From positions 30,690,001 to 30,754,000 of the forward strand of contig NC_042999.1 of assembly GCF_006345805.1 (NCBI RefSeq): a stretch of DNA of 64,000 bases. Direction: 5' to 3'. Origin of the DNA: Octopus sinensis. Its lineage: Eukaryota. Position 1 is the first letter of the stretch. Every line of letters begins with the position of its first letter. The notes under the pieces are model-generated. The model saw only the letters and a program-made list of their open reading frames with translations. It was not told the origin of the DNA and searched no databases. The position numbers and the translations under genes are program-made. Positions 1-13,349 of the stretch are shown here, one piece after another.

Positions 1-189
1 TAATCCTAATTTCGAAGGATTAAGGGGTGCATTATGCCGCCTTCTCATCAGGAAAGACAAGGGACTTATGTCAGCATCATGATGAACAAAAACTTTTAAT
101 TATGTATGTATGTATGTATTCACATATACATATATATTTTTTTCTCTTCTCTTTTATCTCTTATTGGTATAAGCAATTGGATGGGGCCA

Positions 190-385
190 TGCTGGAACAC
201 CGAATTTCAGTACGCGTGGGTATCCTTCCTGTACTGTTTTTGATGAAAAGGCGAGTTGGACAGAACCACCCAGTTTTTTTGCCCTGATGTGGTTTCATCT
301 GGCATTCAGATAGATATTTTCCAGATGCTTTTTGAAGGTCTCCATATCTACAACTCGTACGTCTCTGATGCACACTCACACACAC
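190..385 (-). mobile_element. Degraded 3' end fragment of a CR1/L2-type LINE
   Basis: Minus strand reads VVDMETFKKHLENIY followed by a frameshifted PDE, resembling the FKxxLDxxL..PDxP C-terminus of CR1/L2-group ORF2; ends next to a (TA)/(TATG) tract. Confidence 0.4.
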
Positions 386-877
386 ACTACAGATGTATAT
401 ATATATATATATTTACAGATTCTGATCAAATGTATGACCGTGTATCCAAATGAGAGATATTCACTCACACTCAAACATATGTTTTGTACTTTTATATTAG
501 AATGGAGATATTCATCTGTTCATATATAGAATCGTGTACCAGAATATACGAAATCGTTTACAAGCTATATATAAATATTAAATATGCCAATATTTCTATG
601 AGACTATATCAACAGTAAATTGTTGGACCTTAAGGAATGGTTAGCGACCAAATTTATATACTACAGAGCATCTAAACATTTCAGTGTTCAACTACGAGTC
701 AGCCACAGATAGTTCTTGATAAATTCGGGTGACAAGAGTTTTAAAAAAAGGCTCGTCATTCATAGTCGACTGCATCGTAAAACAGGAATTGCTGTAAGCT
801 AATGAAGTTCTTGAAATAATCGTTTTTCCGTTCACATCTCTTATTAATATTATCGCTCGATACTTAGCTAACATTTC

Positions 878-1337
878 GGATCTTTTCGGATCTTTTCGGT
901 TTTTAACATAATTTCTAGGTAAATAAAAAAATTTAAACTTCGTATACTGATAGAATATGTTTATAAAACATCTTTTTCTCTTGGCTTTATTGAGAAAATT
1001 CTATACTTTGTAATATATGTGTTGTTTTTTCTTCAATTTCTGCAATTTCAACCAATCAGTGACGTCTATTGAGTTCAAAAACATTCTGTATGAATATGTC
1101 CCTCGTTTAAGAAATAGATTAGGTTTATTTACATTTGTGAAGAAAAAAGATACCCTTCCCCCACCCCTAACCCTAACCCTAACCCTAGCCCTAACCCTAA
1201 ATAACCCTAACTAACCCTAACTAACCCTAACACTAAAAGAGATTGAAATCCAATAGATCGATTCTAGGGTCATAATCAAGGGTGACAATTTCATATGATA
1301 CCGCTAGAAAAAACTGCCGTTCAAACCGAAGTGATCC
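878..1337. mobile_element. hAT-type MITE (460 bp) carrying internal telomeric (CCCTAA)n repeats, copy 1
   Basis: Termini GGATCTTTTCGG.../...GCCGTTCAAACCGAAGTGATCC; flanks aacatttc (870-877) and aaaatttc (1338-1345) form a 7/8 match 8-bp TSD; body homologous to 22921-23357; CCCTAA array 1165-1230. Confidence 0.85.
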
Positions 1338-1417
1338 AAAATTTCATTCTGAGAAGTACCTATATTGAATTCGATAACCGGTTGTTAGTCTTGTAATACC
1401 TAATCGATATATATACA

Positions 1418-1580
1418 ACGAGCTTCTATGTATTTTCGTCCACTAAATTCACTCACAAGACTTCGATCGGGCGGTGGCACGAGTAGAAGAAACTTGCCGA
1501 ATTTGCCACGCAGTGAGATTGAACTCGAAACCTTGTAGCTGGGAAGCACACTTCATGTCATGCAGTCATGTCTGTGCCTA
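1418..1580 (-). mobile_element. 5' fragment of tRNA-derived SINE (family C)
   Basis: Reverse complement resembles the head of the SINE at 38801-39220 (gagttcaatctcactgcgtggca...ggcaagtttcttctact). Confidence 0.55.
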
Positions 1581-2639
1581 AAATAATAACTCAGTTTCAA
1601 ACAGAATTCGTCAAATATAACATAGAAACGTATATCATAATATATATGTCAAATTCATTTACTACTAATGTAAACTGAAACATTACGAAAAAATTTTAAT
1701 ATTTCAATGTGTTCAATGCAATAAGTCTGTATTGATTTGCTGTTATTGTTTCTTAGCCGATGGCCATTGACATCAGGCCTATAATGAAAACCTTTCTTAC
1801 TTTGACCATCGCCACGTTTGTTGAAACATATTGGAACAACTTATTATCAAACCTTTATTAATATTCAAGACAAGATTTTTGCTGCTATTTCAAACAGAGG
1901 GATCAGCCACGCTTGCGCTTATTTTTGGTTAATGCTGTTGCTATGTTTTTTAAACCAGCTAATTAAATAAGAATTTGAACCCGAACCGTAAATTCTGTAA
2001 CTAAAAGAGACAAGCCATTTTATTAGCAAGTCGAGCGTTACATCGAATCCAATGAATAACATATAACAGTTTTCTCTTTATATTAAAGTCACATGTATAT
2101 GTGATATTGGTTTGTTTCGAAAAGGCAAAAATACATTATATATTAGAAATGTATGTAGAAGGAAAAAGGAATAGCAGGAGAGAGAAAGAGAGAATTAAGG
2201 GGAGAAACGCTGATGTTTATAGGAATGACATTAAGGGTAGAACGGTGTGAAATCTCTTTCAATGAATATTGAAACCACGTCACGGTCGCTGGTTGCCGAC
2301 AATATATTTTTTGTTCCGATAGACTCGCCACTGTATCAGAACAATATTAATATTTCTGTATGAAAATATGAACTAGCCAAGATATTACTAATTAGCAGAA
2401 TATTAAAAGATAGACTTTATTAGAAACTCCGTTTCCCTTGCAATTCTAAGAAAACTTCCTGCTACATTGAGGTCAAGGAAAAGGTAATATTAACGTAAAT
2501 AGGTTCCTCAAATTCTTTCGTAAGCACTAAATTGTGGAAAATGTGATTCGATGCCTTTGCATCTATTGAAAATCTGATTTCAAATGCCACATTTGTAAAC
2601 GCAGATTATTATTATTGTTGTTGTAGTTAGGCGAAATAC

Positions 2640-3760
2640 TTAACAGTCGTTTTTACATTCTGCGTTCAAATGCCTCCAAGGGTAACTTTTTGCTTTCATC
2701 CCTTTGGGGTCGACAAAATAATCACCAGGCGTGCACTGGGAGCAACCTAATCGACTATCCCTTTCCACAAAAATTCTGGCCCTTTGCTGTTGTTGCTGCT
2801 GTTGAGATTGTTGGCTTGTAGCTTTGGTTTCGAGATTACCTGCAGCTTTTTTCCGGCTTCTGAGTTCCGTGGTCACAAACAGTTGTGATTTAAGGATTAC
2901 AGCTGTATTTTCATGCACTCTCCTTCTTTTCCTTTTTAAGGGTCGCTCGACGATCACCCATTCAGGTGGATTCGTTTTGTCCGAAGTCCATTCTATATAC
3001 AAGGAGTCAGTAGGATTTCAACTCTGATCCTCCTGTGTTTGACGTTGTGGTTATCGTTGCTTTCCACTTCAGGACTGTAACGAATTTAGTTTTAGGATTA
3101 TTGGATTAGCGTTTGACAAATCTCCCGATTTCTCCCCAGTGGGGCGAAAATCATTTAAAGGATTGGTCTTGCCAAAGATGTAACATCTGCGTTCCTTATC
3201 CCCCACGACCACCTCTATCTGCTCGTTCTCTCCGAAAGAGAAAAAACCCGGATGGCATGGGCTTCTTCCGAAGCAACTAACATCTGTAACTCCTCTTACA
3301 ATCCTGTTCTGCTTTGCTGGGGCTTGATTTCATGCTTATTATCTCCCAGTAATCCACTAGCAAGGTCATTATTCTGGCCTGTTTCTATTGAGGAGATATG
3401 TTTGAGACCCTGGCCTTAGTCTCATGACATTCCATGTATAGGGGGAACATAGCGTACTAGTCAGAAGAGTTGTAGCCGTCTTGTGCGCTGCTACCTGGTT
3501 ACTGCAGATAGCTACCACGATCCCATAGTGCTTTCCTCGACAGAAACGTGTAGCGTACAAAAGGCCACACTTCTTTTAGACAATTTCTGTTACAATTGGC
3601 GAAGCTTCCTCGCATTGCAATTAATGGACTTATTGTTTTCTTTTTGGTGGATATCCATTCCACTTCTGGGAGTGCCATGACACCGAATCGAATGATATAT
3701 TCCTCTTAGTTTTTAATTCTCTCTGCTTTTCCTTGCGAAGTAAACTTTTCCTTCTGGTGT
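2640..3760 (-). pseudogene. Degenerate retroelement ORF1/gag-like relic
   Basis: GC-elevated island; broken minus-strand frames give EEYIIRFGVMALPEVEWIST...EQIEVVVGI / ERRCYIFGKTNPL (eroded CCHC-knuckle-like) followed by a K/R-rich and poly-Q tail; multiple stops and shifts. Confidence 0.3.
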
Positions 3761-4102
3761 TCTTTTTCTCGTTACAGCCTACGTAAAAAGTATTACTGTT
3801 GACATGGTAGTAGCAGTCAGCGCTATTGTTGATCTCATTACTGCTGATGATGATTATACTGTTGTCATTATTGTTGTTGCTGGTTTCGTTACTGTTGTTG
3901 TGGGTGTTGTCAAGAGTAATACTGGCATTTGTGGTCTTGTTTTGGCATTTGGCATTCTTATTGTTCTTGTTGATCTTGGTATTGGTGGTGGTGGTGGTGG
4001 TGATGTTGGTGCTATTGCCTGTAGATTCTTTGCAAAAATCAAATTGAGTGGTGACCTCTACGCATGGTTGACTACTGCATGTGTGTATGTATGTATGTGT
4101 GC

Positions 4103-4135
<33 letters not shown>

Positions 4136-4344
4136 TGTATGTATGTATGTATGTATGTATGTATAGTTTTCAAATATTGACACAAAACCAACAATTTCGG
4201 TGGAAGGCGCTAGTCGACTAAATCACCTCGGCAGAATTTAAACAATACAGAATGTGAAGAAAGACAGAATGTCTCTACGCATTTTGCCCGGAGTATTGCA
4301 TCGCTTCTGCACCCGCACTATTCGCCATATTTAGTACCTACGGA

Positions 4345-4595
4345 CTAAACAAGTAAATGCAGCTCAAAGATCGCCGTTTTAACACCATTGTAGAGATCCA
4401 AAGTGAAATGCAGAAGGTCCTCGACACGCTTCCCGATAATTATTTCCAGGCCAGATTCCAAAAGTGGCAGGGATGCTGGGACCGGTGTATCGCTCCGCAA
4501 GCTGAATATTTCCAAGATAATGTTGCAACTTAGGTAAAGCAGCTAGTTTTTATTAAACATAACTAATCCTGGAAATTGTTTATACCACATTGTAT
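4345..4595 (+). mobile_element. 3' fragment of a Tc1/mariner transposon
   Basis: Reads MQLKDRRFNTIVEIQSEMQKVLDTLPDNYFQARFQKWQGCWDRCIAPQAEYFQDN, matching the mariner C-terminal LKGRRF...W..RW..CI...G.YFE pattern; ends before a TA run. Confidence 0.65.
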
Positions 4596-7274
4596 ATATA
4601 TATCTTAACTATACTGTACTGGGTGTCAGTGCATATGTACTTATGCACGTTACAGTATAGTTGAGTAATATATATATATATATATATATATGATAAAAAT
4701 CAGAAAAATCATATATATATATATACATATACATATGATAAAAATCAGAAAAATCAGATATATATATATATATATATATATATTATGTCGTTGTTGATTA
4801 TATCTGACTTGCTAGTTCAAATCCCGTTCCCTGCATTCACCAAGAAAAATACCTTCGAGTACGATACCTTCTGTAAAAAAAAGTCTCATTTGTAGGGCAC
4901 ATCTTTTACATGAGGTTGTAACATTTCGAGATGCCAATTTTAATGTGACAGCTGTGTTTAGCTTATTATGAACGACCACATTCCTTTATATTACTTAATA
5001 TATCCATGTGTAGAAGAGCTTCCTGTCACTAACTACATATTTCCTCGAATAATGTTGGCAATGTATTCATGCATGTAAAATCGATTTAATACAAAATACT
5101 TTCTCCACAGGAATACAGTAATAAATAAATCGCCAAAACTGAAGTATGTGCTTGCTGTCCAGAAATAATACACATTATGGATATGCAAATATCTAAGTAT
5201 AACTTTCAGCTGACTGAAAGTAAGTTTCACATCCAGAGTTAATGATGTGCATGATAGTCTTTCTAGCATTACGGCACAATAGAACTTAGCAATAGATGTT
5301 TATCAACGTCACAGAATAGTTTTACACAGGGATCACTCCAAAGTATCTCCCAGGAATTCAAAAATGTTTACTACATCTTCGAAACGAAAAGGAGTTTTTG
5401 GTGGCTCTAATCTATATGGAATTCAATGAATTGAAGGCTGTATATAAAAATAAAGCAGTATTGTGGGGGAATGAAAATAGAGCTCAGATCATATAAACTT
5501 TTAAAAGGGACAAAGAAGGATCTAAAAGCTTTAGGATACAAATAATTGATACAAATAATATGCACAGCTACGTACTTATTGACCGAAAAACAAAACTAGT
5601 TGTTGTTGGATATAGCATATAAAGAAAGGGAAGAAAAGTGCACAAATTAATTACCATTGCTATCCTTTGATATGGTTCACATAGCAAACATCTATCTATT
5701 TATGAAACCTCATACGTTTTTTTCTTCTTAAATTAAAAGCGATATACAGCATACACAGATAGTCTTAGACACATGACCTCACGTTTGGAATGCTTCTGGT
5801 GATAGATTTCCATTTTCGGTGGGGATCTAGGCTTAAACAACAACAACTATTGTTTAGACATGTCTAACATATTTCATGTTCAAAATAACATGCATTCACA
5901 GCATAAATTTGACCAACTGGAAGTTGGATGACTATAGCCACTATGTCATTTCTGTTCGTAAAACATCATTGGTTTCACGGTGTCAGAACTATCAAGTTCA
6001 AGATGTAGTATTGCAGGTTCAATCTACGTTATACACCCATCGAATAATGATATCTCAACTGATCACCAAATTTGATACAATGCACATGCATTTCAACGGA
6101 ATCAAGAGATTTGCTGGAATATAAAATTCACAGACAGCGATAGATATTAGTGGTGGGAATACGCATTTTGTAACACAGAACACAATCAGAACGTACTGGG
6201 GTTCCACACAAACTGCCACTAATGAAACAGTATACTCTGAGATTCATATAAGGATGGATTGATAGAAATTGTGCAAAGTTAGGCAGACGAACAGAGTGAG
6301 AGTTACGTATTCCGAAGTGGATACAAACTTATATGCTATTGCATGGAATATTAGTGGTTCACCTCGTAGTTTGTATCGATTTATCTTCTTAAACCTATGC
6401 AGGTTAAGATAGCAGTTCCATATTCTAATTGAACCTATTGAAAATATAAATATTTTTGTGCAGTTGTGATAAGAATGACAGATAAGAAAGATCAAGGCTT
6501 GTCTATCTCCCATTTTTAATTTAGATATTTAATCTTAAAGAAACGAAAATCAGCTGAAATACATTAATTATTAGAAATCAATATTTCTTCTGAAGTTCGG
6601 TAAAAATAAGTATAAAAATATTTTATAAATGTGATAAAAATTCATTTTATGCACTAATATGAAACGTCTCGGTATCATGAATATTTAATATAATAATTAG
6701 CATTGCTATTATTCAATTAATATTCATTTATTTTATTTATTTAAATATTTTAAGTGTGGGTTTTCTGCACGATTTTTATTTCTTAAATCTCAATCTAAAT
6801 ATAGATCTTGATTATACTGCCATTATTTTCACTTGCTTTTTTTTATATATATTTTTACTGTTATTTACTTTAATTTAGATTATAGTTTTTATAGCTTTGA
6901 ATGATATTATTTCCTAATTTTTAGCAAATTCTACAGAATTGCAACTTCTGAAATACTATTATAATATTATTCCCGTTTATAAAAGATTGATAATAGAATA
7001 TTTTAATTATATTTTATTTTACTCCAAATGCGTAGTATTTACTCTCCAGAAGGAAAGATAAATATTAAACGAATCTCAATTAGACTGAGTCGCAGACGTT
7101 GCAATACAATTTCGATTCCAATTCGGTATTTACACCTCATTTACGTACTCAGATTTATCGATGAAAAGACCAGAAAATTCCGTATATAAAATATTTTTCA
7201 TTTAAGTGTACTCAACATGTACGGTATTTACTCTCGAAAGGGAAACAAACATTATATATATATATGTTTTTTTG

Positions 7275-7604
7275 CTCCCCTTCGGTCAGACACTGACCAT
7301 GGGTTTGCACCTAGAGAGTTACCCTCTGAGGCACAAGTCTGGGCAAGGTTGTTTTATGGAAGACCAGCAGTCGCCCATGCATACCGGGCTCCCCTCTCCA
7401 CGTCACCGATGTTGTCCAAGGGAAAGGCAAGGGTCGATACAGCTTGGCACATGTGACGTTGCAACTCATTTCTACATCTGAGTGAACTGGAGCAACGTGA
7501 AATAAAGTGTCTTGCTCAAGAACACAACACGCGGGCCAGTCCGGGATTCGAGCTAACAACCTCACGATCGTAAGCTCGACGCTCTAACCACTGAGCCACG
7601 CACC
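7275..7604 (-). mobile_element. tRNA-derived SINE with CORE-like central block (family A)
   Basis: Minus strand has A box TGGCTCAGTGG and B-box-like GCTCGAATCC, then gttcttgagcaagacactttatttcacgttgctccagttcactc; homologous to 39867-40203. Confidence 0.85.
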
Positions 7605-7851
<247 letters not shown>

Positions 7852-7956
7852 AATTCGGGGTGAGTACTTGATAATTATAAGCACCTGTGTATACCGTTTG
7901 CTGGTGTAGGTGGTGGAGTAAATTGATCAAAATAAAAACATGATGCGAAGAATTCA

Positions 7957-8034
7957 GCGGTACATATGTTTCGGGCCTTTATTAGACAGATTTATAACAA
8001 TGCATAATGTATGTCTGTGGCCTTCTTCAGCCGC
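7957..8034 (-). ncRNA. Minimal type I hammerhead ribozyme motif (left arm copy)
   Basis: Minus strand: GCGG-CUGAAGA-A-GGCC...GGCC-C-GAAA-C-AUAU-GUA/CCGC; mirror of 13235-13312. Confidence 0.7.
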
Positions 8035-9859
8035 GCACAACAGCTTCCACAAGGACATGTGTTACATCAAAAATTCTTGGTTGGGGATGCAAATCCTCTC
8101 AATCGCGTACGACATAATGCGGCAGCAGCATAGAATTGAAGCGTCCATCTCTTTCTTCTCTCAATGTAGAATGAGGAAATTTGGATGTTGAAGTAATGTA
8201 AATAAATAAATACATAAATAGACGTGAAGATGGAGGGGCGAGAATTCAGGACGAGGGATAAAAAATGTATAAAAAGTGTAAGTATAGAAAAATATAAAAA
8301 TGTAGAGTATAAAGTTATAGAGGGATATAAGGAGATGTAAAGGGGGTATAAAGAATATAAAGAAATATAAAGAAATATAAATAAATGTAAAAGCATAAGG
8401 TTATAAAGTAAAAATAGAAATAGAAATAAAAGTAAAAAGTAAAAAAATAAAAATAGGAATAAACATGATAAAAATGTAAAAAAATATAAAGATAAGGGAT
8501 GTATAGAGGTAACGGACCAAACATGATTGATAAAATTTAGTTGTAGAAGTTTTGGGTGTCAATAAATCAACTGTTTCGTCTGGGGACCTAATGTGTTGTA
8601 AATCAGAGCTGTTGAGCGTTTAATCTGGTTCTTTGAATTAATTGGTCATCTAGTACATACATACCATCATGGATACATACACCCATATACACGCGTACAT
8701 ATACGCCTCCAAGCCTATAAGCATACACGCGCACTCGCGTGTAAACATGTACATAAACACACACACACCCACACGCACGCGCATACATATACATACATAC
8801 AACAGAATATCCGCATGTATACACGGACATTATACGTGTACACACCCATATGTACATACGTGCGCCCATCCCTACATACACATACGCATATGCCCACGCT
8901 TCCAGGTTTAGATATAAGATATTAAAGGATGTATATAAGAACGTATGTAAAGAATCACGCACTCACGTCTACACGTGCACGCACACACGGCTGTGTGTCC
9001 ATATGTGCGTGCACATATACACTTACATACACACACAGAGACATACGCGCATAGAGTATAGATAGCTATAAGATATTAAAGGATGTATACAAATAGGTGA
9101 AAACATATGAATATAAGAAAACATGTAAAAAAAAGAAATACGGGGTATGTACATCCAGACGTAGATGTTTACTCGTACATATGTACATATATGTATACGT
9201 ATACATACGTACACGGACGCTCGTATAATCATAAAGTGGATCCATAGGTAAGTAAATAAGGGATAAGCAAAAGAAATAGACATATATAGAGATATAAAGC
9301 GATAAGTTAGGGGTAAGAATGAGGGTAAGGGTAAAAATTAGAAATAAAAGTAAGAAATACAGTATAAAATAAGAAATACAATGTAAAAGTTAGAAATGAA
9401 ATATAAAAATTATAAAAATTATAAGAGTTAAGGTAAGGGATGAAAATAAAAATGAGAATAAATCGAAGTAGAATAAAAGTAAAAATAAAAGTAAAAATAA
9501 AAATAAAATAAGATAAAATAAAAATATAATTTGGTAAAGTTTAACATGAGATGAAGGTGGTTGAAAGTTAGAGGTGTGTGTTAAAGGTGCCCACGTAGGG
9601 GCGGGCGGGGGGAACTGAAAATTGGAAGGGTGGGAAGTAGAGTTTGGCGGTGTGCGTTCAACATCCGAGTTAGAAATGTGAAAGGGTATAGATATAGGGA
9701 AATAAAGAGACTATATAGGAAGGATATGGGTGTAGGAGAAGAAATATGTAGGGAAAAGAAGTCATATATGGGAGACAAAATTTGTATATATAGGAGGAAA
9801 ATGCAGGGAAACATATATGCACATACACACACCCACACACACACACACACACGCACATA

Positions 9860-9923
<64 letters not shown>

Positions 9924-10394
9924 CGTACACACATGTGCATATACATAATATACGCACATATAAGCATATACACGACATATAGGAAAGCGGGATGTGCTGA
10001 GCCGACAGGTTGCACCGGGTGGGAGGAAATTGCATGGTGGAGTAGGTATAATAACCTAAGCTTTGTAGTATTTGAAAGTATTAATAAGTTTGTGTATACA
10101 GGATGGTTTGAACCCTGCCCAACATGAGCTGCCTCATAGCTAAACATAACTATATTAATATTAGAACAGCTAGATCAAGAGCAAACTATAGCGACCAATA
10201 GAACCCCCCTCACCTAGATAGTAGACAATAGAACCAGACTGGCAGCCATACTACCCAAACAGTTAGTAATAACACCGCCACACACAACAGGGAAATACTA
10301 CACCCATCAACAACCAGGAGGATATCAACGCCCCCACTCGTATTGCACACTTCCGCCTGGGATTAGCAGCACACGACCGAATAATGCAATGCAA

Positions 10395-10814
10395 TGCAAC
10401 TGCAGATGTGCATCAGAGTGCCCGCTACAGGGCGCATGTAGGGCGAAAAACGTATATATATTCATGTGAGGTGAGTACCAGTTAACACACTCACCTACAT
10501 AGGTTGCTCAACCTCCTGGAAATCCAGATACTACAACCACGGTCCTCGCTGAAACACAGACATAAGGCTAACAGCACCTCCCTTTCTAAAAGAATTTGGA
10601 ATTAAAAGACAAATACATAGGCTTCAAACTCAGGTGGTCCATCATCGGATCAGCTGCACCTATTTAAATAATAGAGCAGGATGCCAACTATGTGTGTAGA
10701 ACTCTGAACATCTTGAAATTCAAAGACAAACACAAGCTTATTAACAAAAGGTCAGAGTTCAAACCATCCTGTATACACAAACTTATTAATACTTTCAAAT
10801 ACTACAAAGCTTAG
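10395..10814 (+). pseudogene. Frameshifted GIY-YIG endonuclease C-terminus of a Penelope-like element
   Basis: Conceptual translation across several 1-nt shifts: CNCRCASECPLQGACRAKNV..YSCEV..TYIGCSTSWKSRYYNH.SSLKHRHKANSTSLSKRIW.LKD..F.LRWSII.SAAP....GCQLCV.....LINKRSEFKPSCIH; a Cys-rich linker plus VY/YIG, NH, CxxC and NKRSE motifs typical of EN+ PLEs. Confidence 0.8.
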
Positions 10815-10985
10815 GTTATTATACCTACTCCCCCATGCAATTTCCTCCCACCCGGTGCAACCTGTCGGCCAGCACATCCCGCTTTCCTATATGTGCGTGT
10901 ATATGCGTATATGTGTGCGTATATATATGTATGTGCACATATGTGTACGTATATGTATATATATTATATAATATATTTATATATA

Positions 10986-11260
10986 GAGGGCATTATACAT
11001 ACATGCCAGGAGGCATTCTACATACACGCCATACGCTAAGAGGGACAATCAGTCATTTCTACCAAAAATATTACTAATCCCACCGAATGCAATTTTTCAA
11101 AGAAAGACATTTAAAAATATATAGACCTGTATCACAGTGATTTATACTAAGTAATCATCAGCAGGCCTGAATACTATAAATAAACAACGACCCTGCTTCG
11201 CTTAAGCCGATCAGCTAACTGTATGTAGAATGCCTCCTGGCATGTATGTATAATGCCCTC
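10986..11260. mobile_element. Tc1/mariner-type MITE (275 bp) nested in the right arm of the PLE
   Basis: Perfect ~41-bp TIRs (GAGGGCATTATACATACATGCCAGGAGGCATTCTACATACA), TA on both sides, absent from the left arm. Confidence 0.9.
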
Positions 11261-11386
11261 TATATATAAATTAATATGTTCAATAAGAAATTATTATTTT
11301 CGAAATTTTTCTCTTATGAGGTTTTTACGCTATCTACCTGACAATTTCTTGTTAAGTTTTCCTTATTAAGTAGTTGTCCTTAATTG

Positions 11387-11421
<35 letters not shown>

Positions 11422-13234
11422 CGGTGTGTGTGTGGGGGGTGTATGTGCATATATGTTTCTGCATTTTCCTCCTATATATACAAATTTTGTCTCCCATATA
11501 TGACTTCTTTTCCTACATATTTCTTCTCCTACACCCATATCCTTCCTATATAGTCTCTTTATTTCCCATATCTATACCCTTCACATTTTTAACTCGGATG
11601 TTGAACGCACACCGCCAAACTCTACTTCCCACCCTTCCAATTTTCAGTTCCCCCCGCCCGCCCCCTTACGTGGGCACCTTTAACACACACCTCTAACTTT
11701 CAACCACCTTCATCTCATGTTAAACTTTACCAATTATAGTTTTATTTTATCTTATTTTATTTTTATTTTTACTTTTATTTTTACTTTTATTCTACTCGAT
11801 TTATTCTCATTTTTATTTCATCCTACCTTAACTCTTATAATTTTTATAATTTTTATATTTCATTTCTAACTTTTACATTGTATTTCTTATTTTATACTGT
11901 ATTTCTTACTTTTATTTCTAATTTTTACCCTTACCCTCATTCTTACCCCTAACTTATCGCTTTATATCTCTATATATGTCTATTTCTTTTGCTTATCCCT
12001 TATTTACTTACCTATGGATCCACTTTATGATTATACGAGCGTCCGTGTACGTATGTATACGTATACATATATGTACATATGTACGAGTAAACATCTACGT
12101 CTGGATGTACATACCCCGTATTTCTTTTTTTTACATGTTTTCTTATATTCATATGTTTACACCTATTTGTATACATCCTTTAATATCTTATAGCTATACT
12201 CATATGCGCGTATGTCTCTGTGTGTGTATGTAAGTGTATATGTGCACGCACATATGGACACACAGCCGTGTGTGCGTGCACGTGTAGACGTGAGTGCGTG
12301 ATTCTTTACATACGTTCTTATATACATCCTTTAATATCTTATATCTAAACCTGGAAGCGTGGGCATATGCGTATGTGTATGTAGGGATGGGCGCACGTAT
12401 GTACATATGGGTGTGTACACGTAAATGTCCGTGTATACATGCGGATATTCTGTTGTATGTATGTATATGTATGCGCGTGCGTGTGGGTGTGTGTGTGTTT
12501 ATGTACATGTTTACACGCGAGTGCGCGTGTATGCTTATAGGCTTGGAGGCGTATATGTACGCGTGTATATGGGTGTATGTATCCATGATGGTATGTATGT
12601 ACTAGATGACCAATTAATTCAAAGAACCAGATTAAACGCTCAACAGCTCTGATTTACAACACATTAGGTCCCCAGACGAAACTGTTGATTTATTGACACC
12701 CAAAACTTCTACAACTAAATTTTATCAATCTCCTGACCACCATGTTTGGTCCGTTACCTCTATACATCCCTTATCTTTATATTTTTTTACATTTTTATCA
12801 TGTTTATTCCTACTTTTATTTTTTTACTTTTTACTTTTATTTCTATTTCTATTTTTACTTTATAACCTTATGCCTTTACATTTATTTATATTTCTTTATA
12901 TTTCTTTATATTCTTTATACCCCCTTTACATCTCCTTATATCCCTTTATAACTTTATACTCTACATTTTTATATTTTCTATACTTACACACTTTTTATAC
13001 ATTTTTTATCCCTCGTCCTGAATTCTCGCCCCTCCATCTTCTCACGTCTATTTATGTATTTATTTATTTACATTACTTCAACATCTAAATTTCCTCATTC
13101 TACATTCAGAGAAGAAAGAGATGGACGCTTCAATTCTATGCTGCTGCCGCATTATGTCGTACGCGATTGAGAGGATTTGCATCCCCAACCAAGAATTTTT
13201 GATGTAACACATGTCCTTGTGGAAGCTGTTGTGC

Positions 13235-13312
13235 GCGGCTGAAGAAGGCCACAGACATACATTATGTATTGTTATAAATCTGTCTAATAAAGGCCCGAAA
13301 CATATGTACCGC
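13235..13312 (+). ncRNA. Minimal type I hammerhead ribozyme motif (right arm copy)
   Basis: Stem I GCGG(13235-38)/CCGC(13309-12); CTGAAGA 13239-45; stem II GGCC/GGCC with long insert; GAAA 13297-300; palindromic stem III ACATATGT; predicted cleavage after GTA 13308. Confidence 0.7.
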
Positions 13313-13345
13313 TGAATTCTTCGCATCATGTTTTTATTTTGATCA

Positions 13346-13349
<4 letters not shown>

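Noticed and set aside
1165-1230. (CCCTAA)n as a true telomere or chromosome fusion scar
   Set aside because: Short, and embedded at a fixed position inside a TIR/TSD-bounded MITE present twice in the window.
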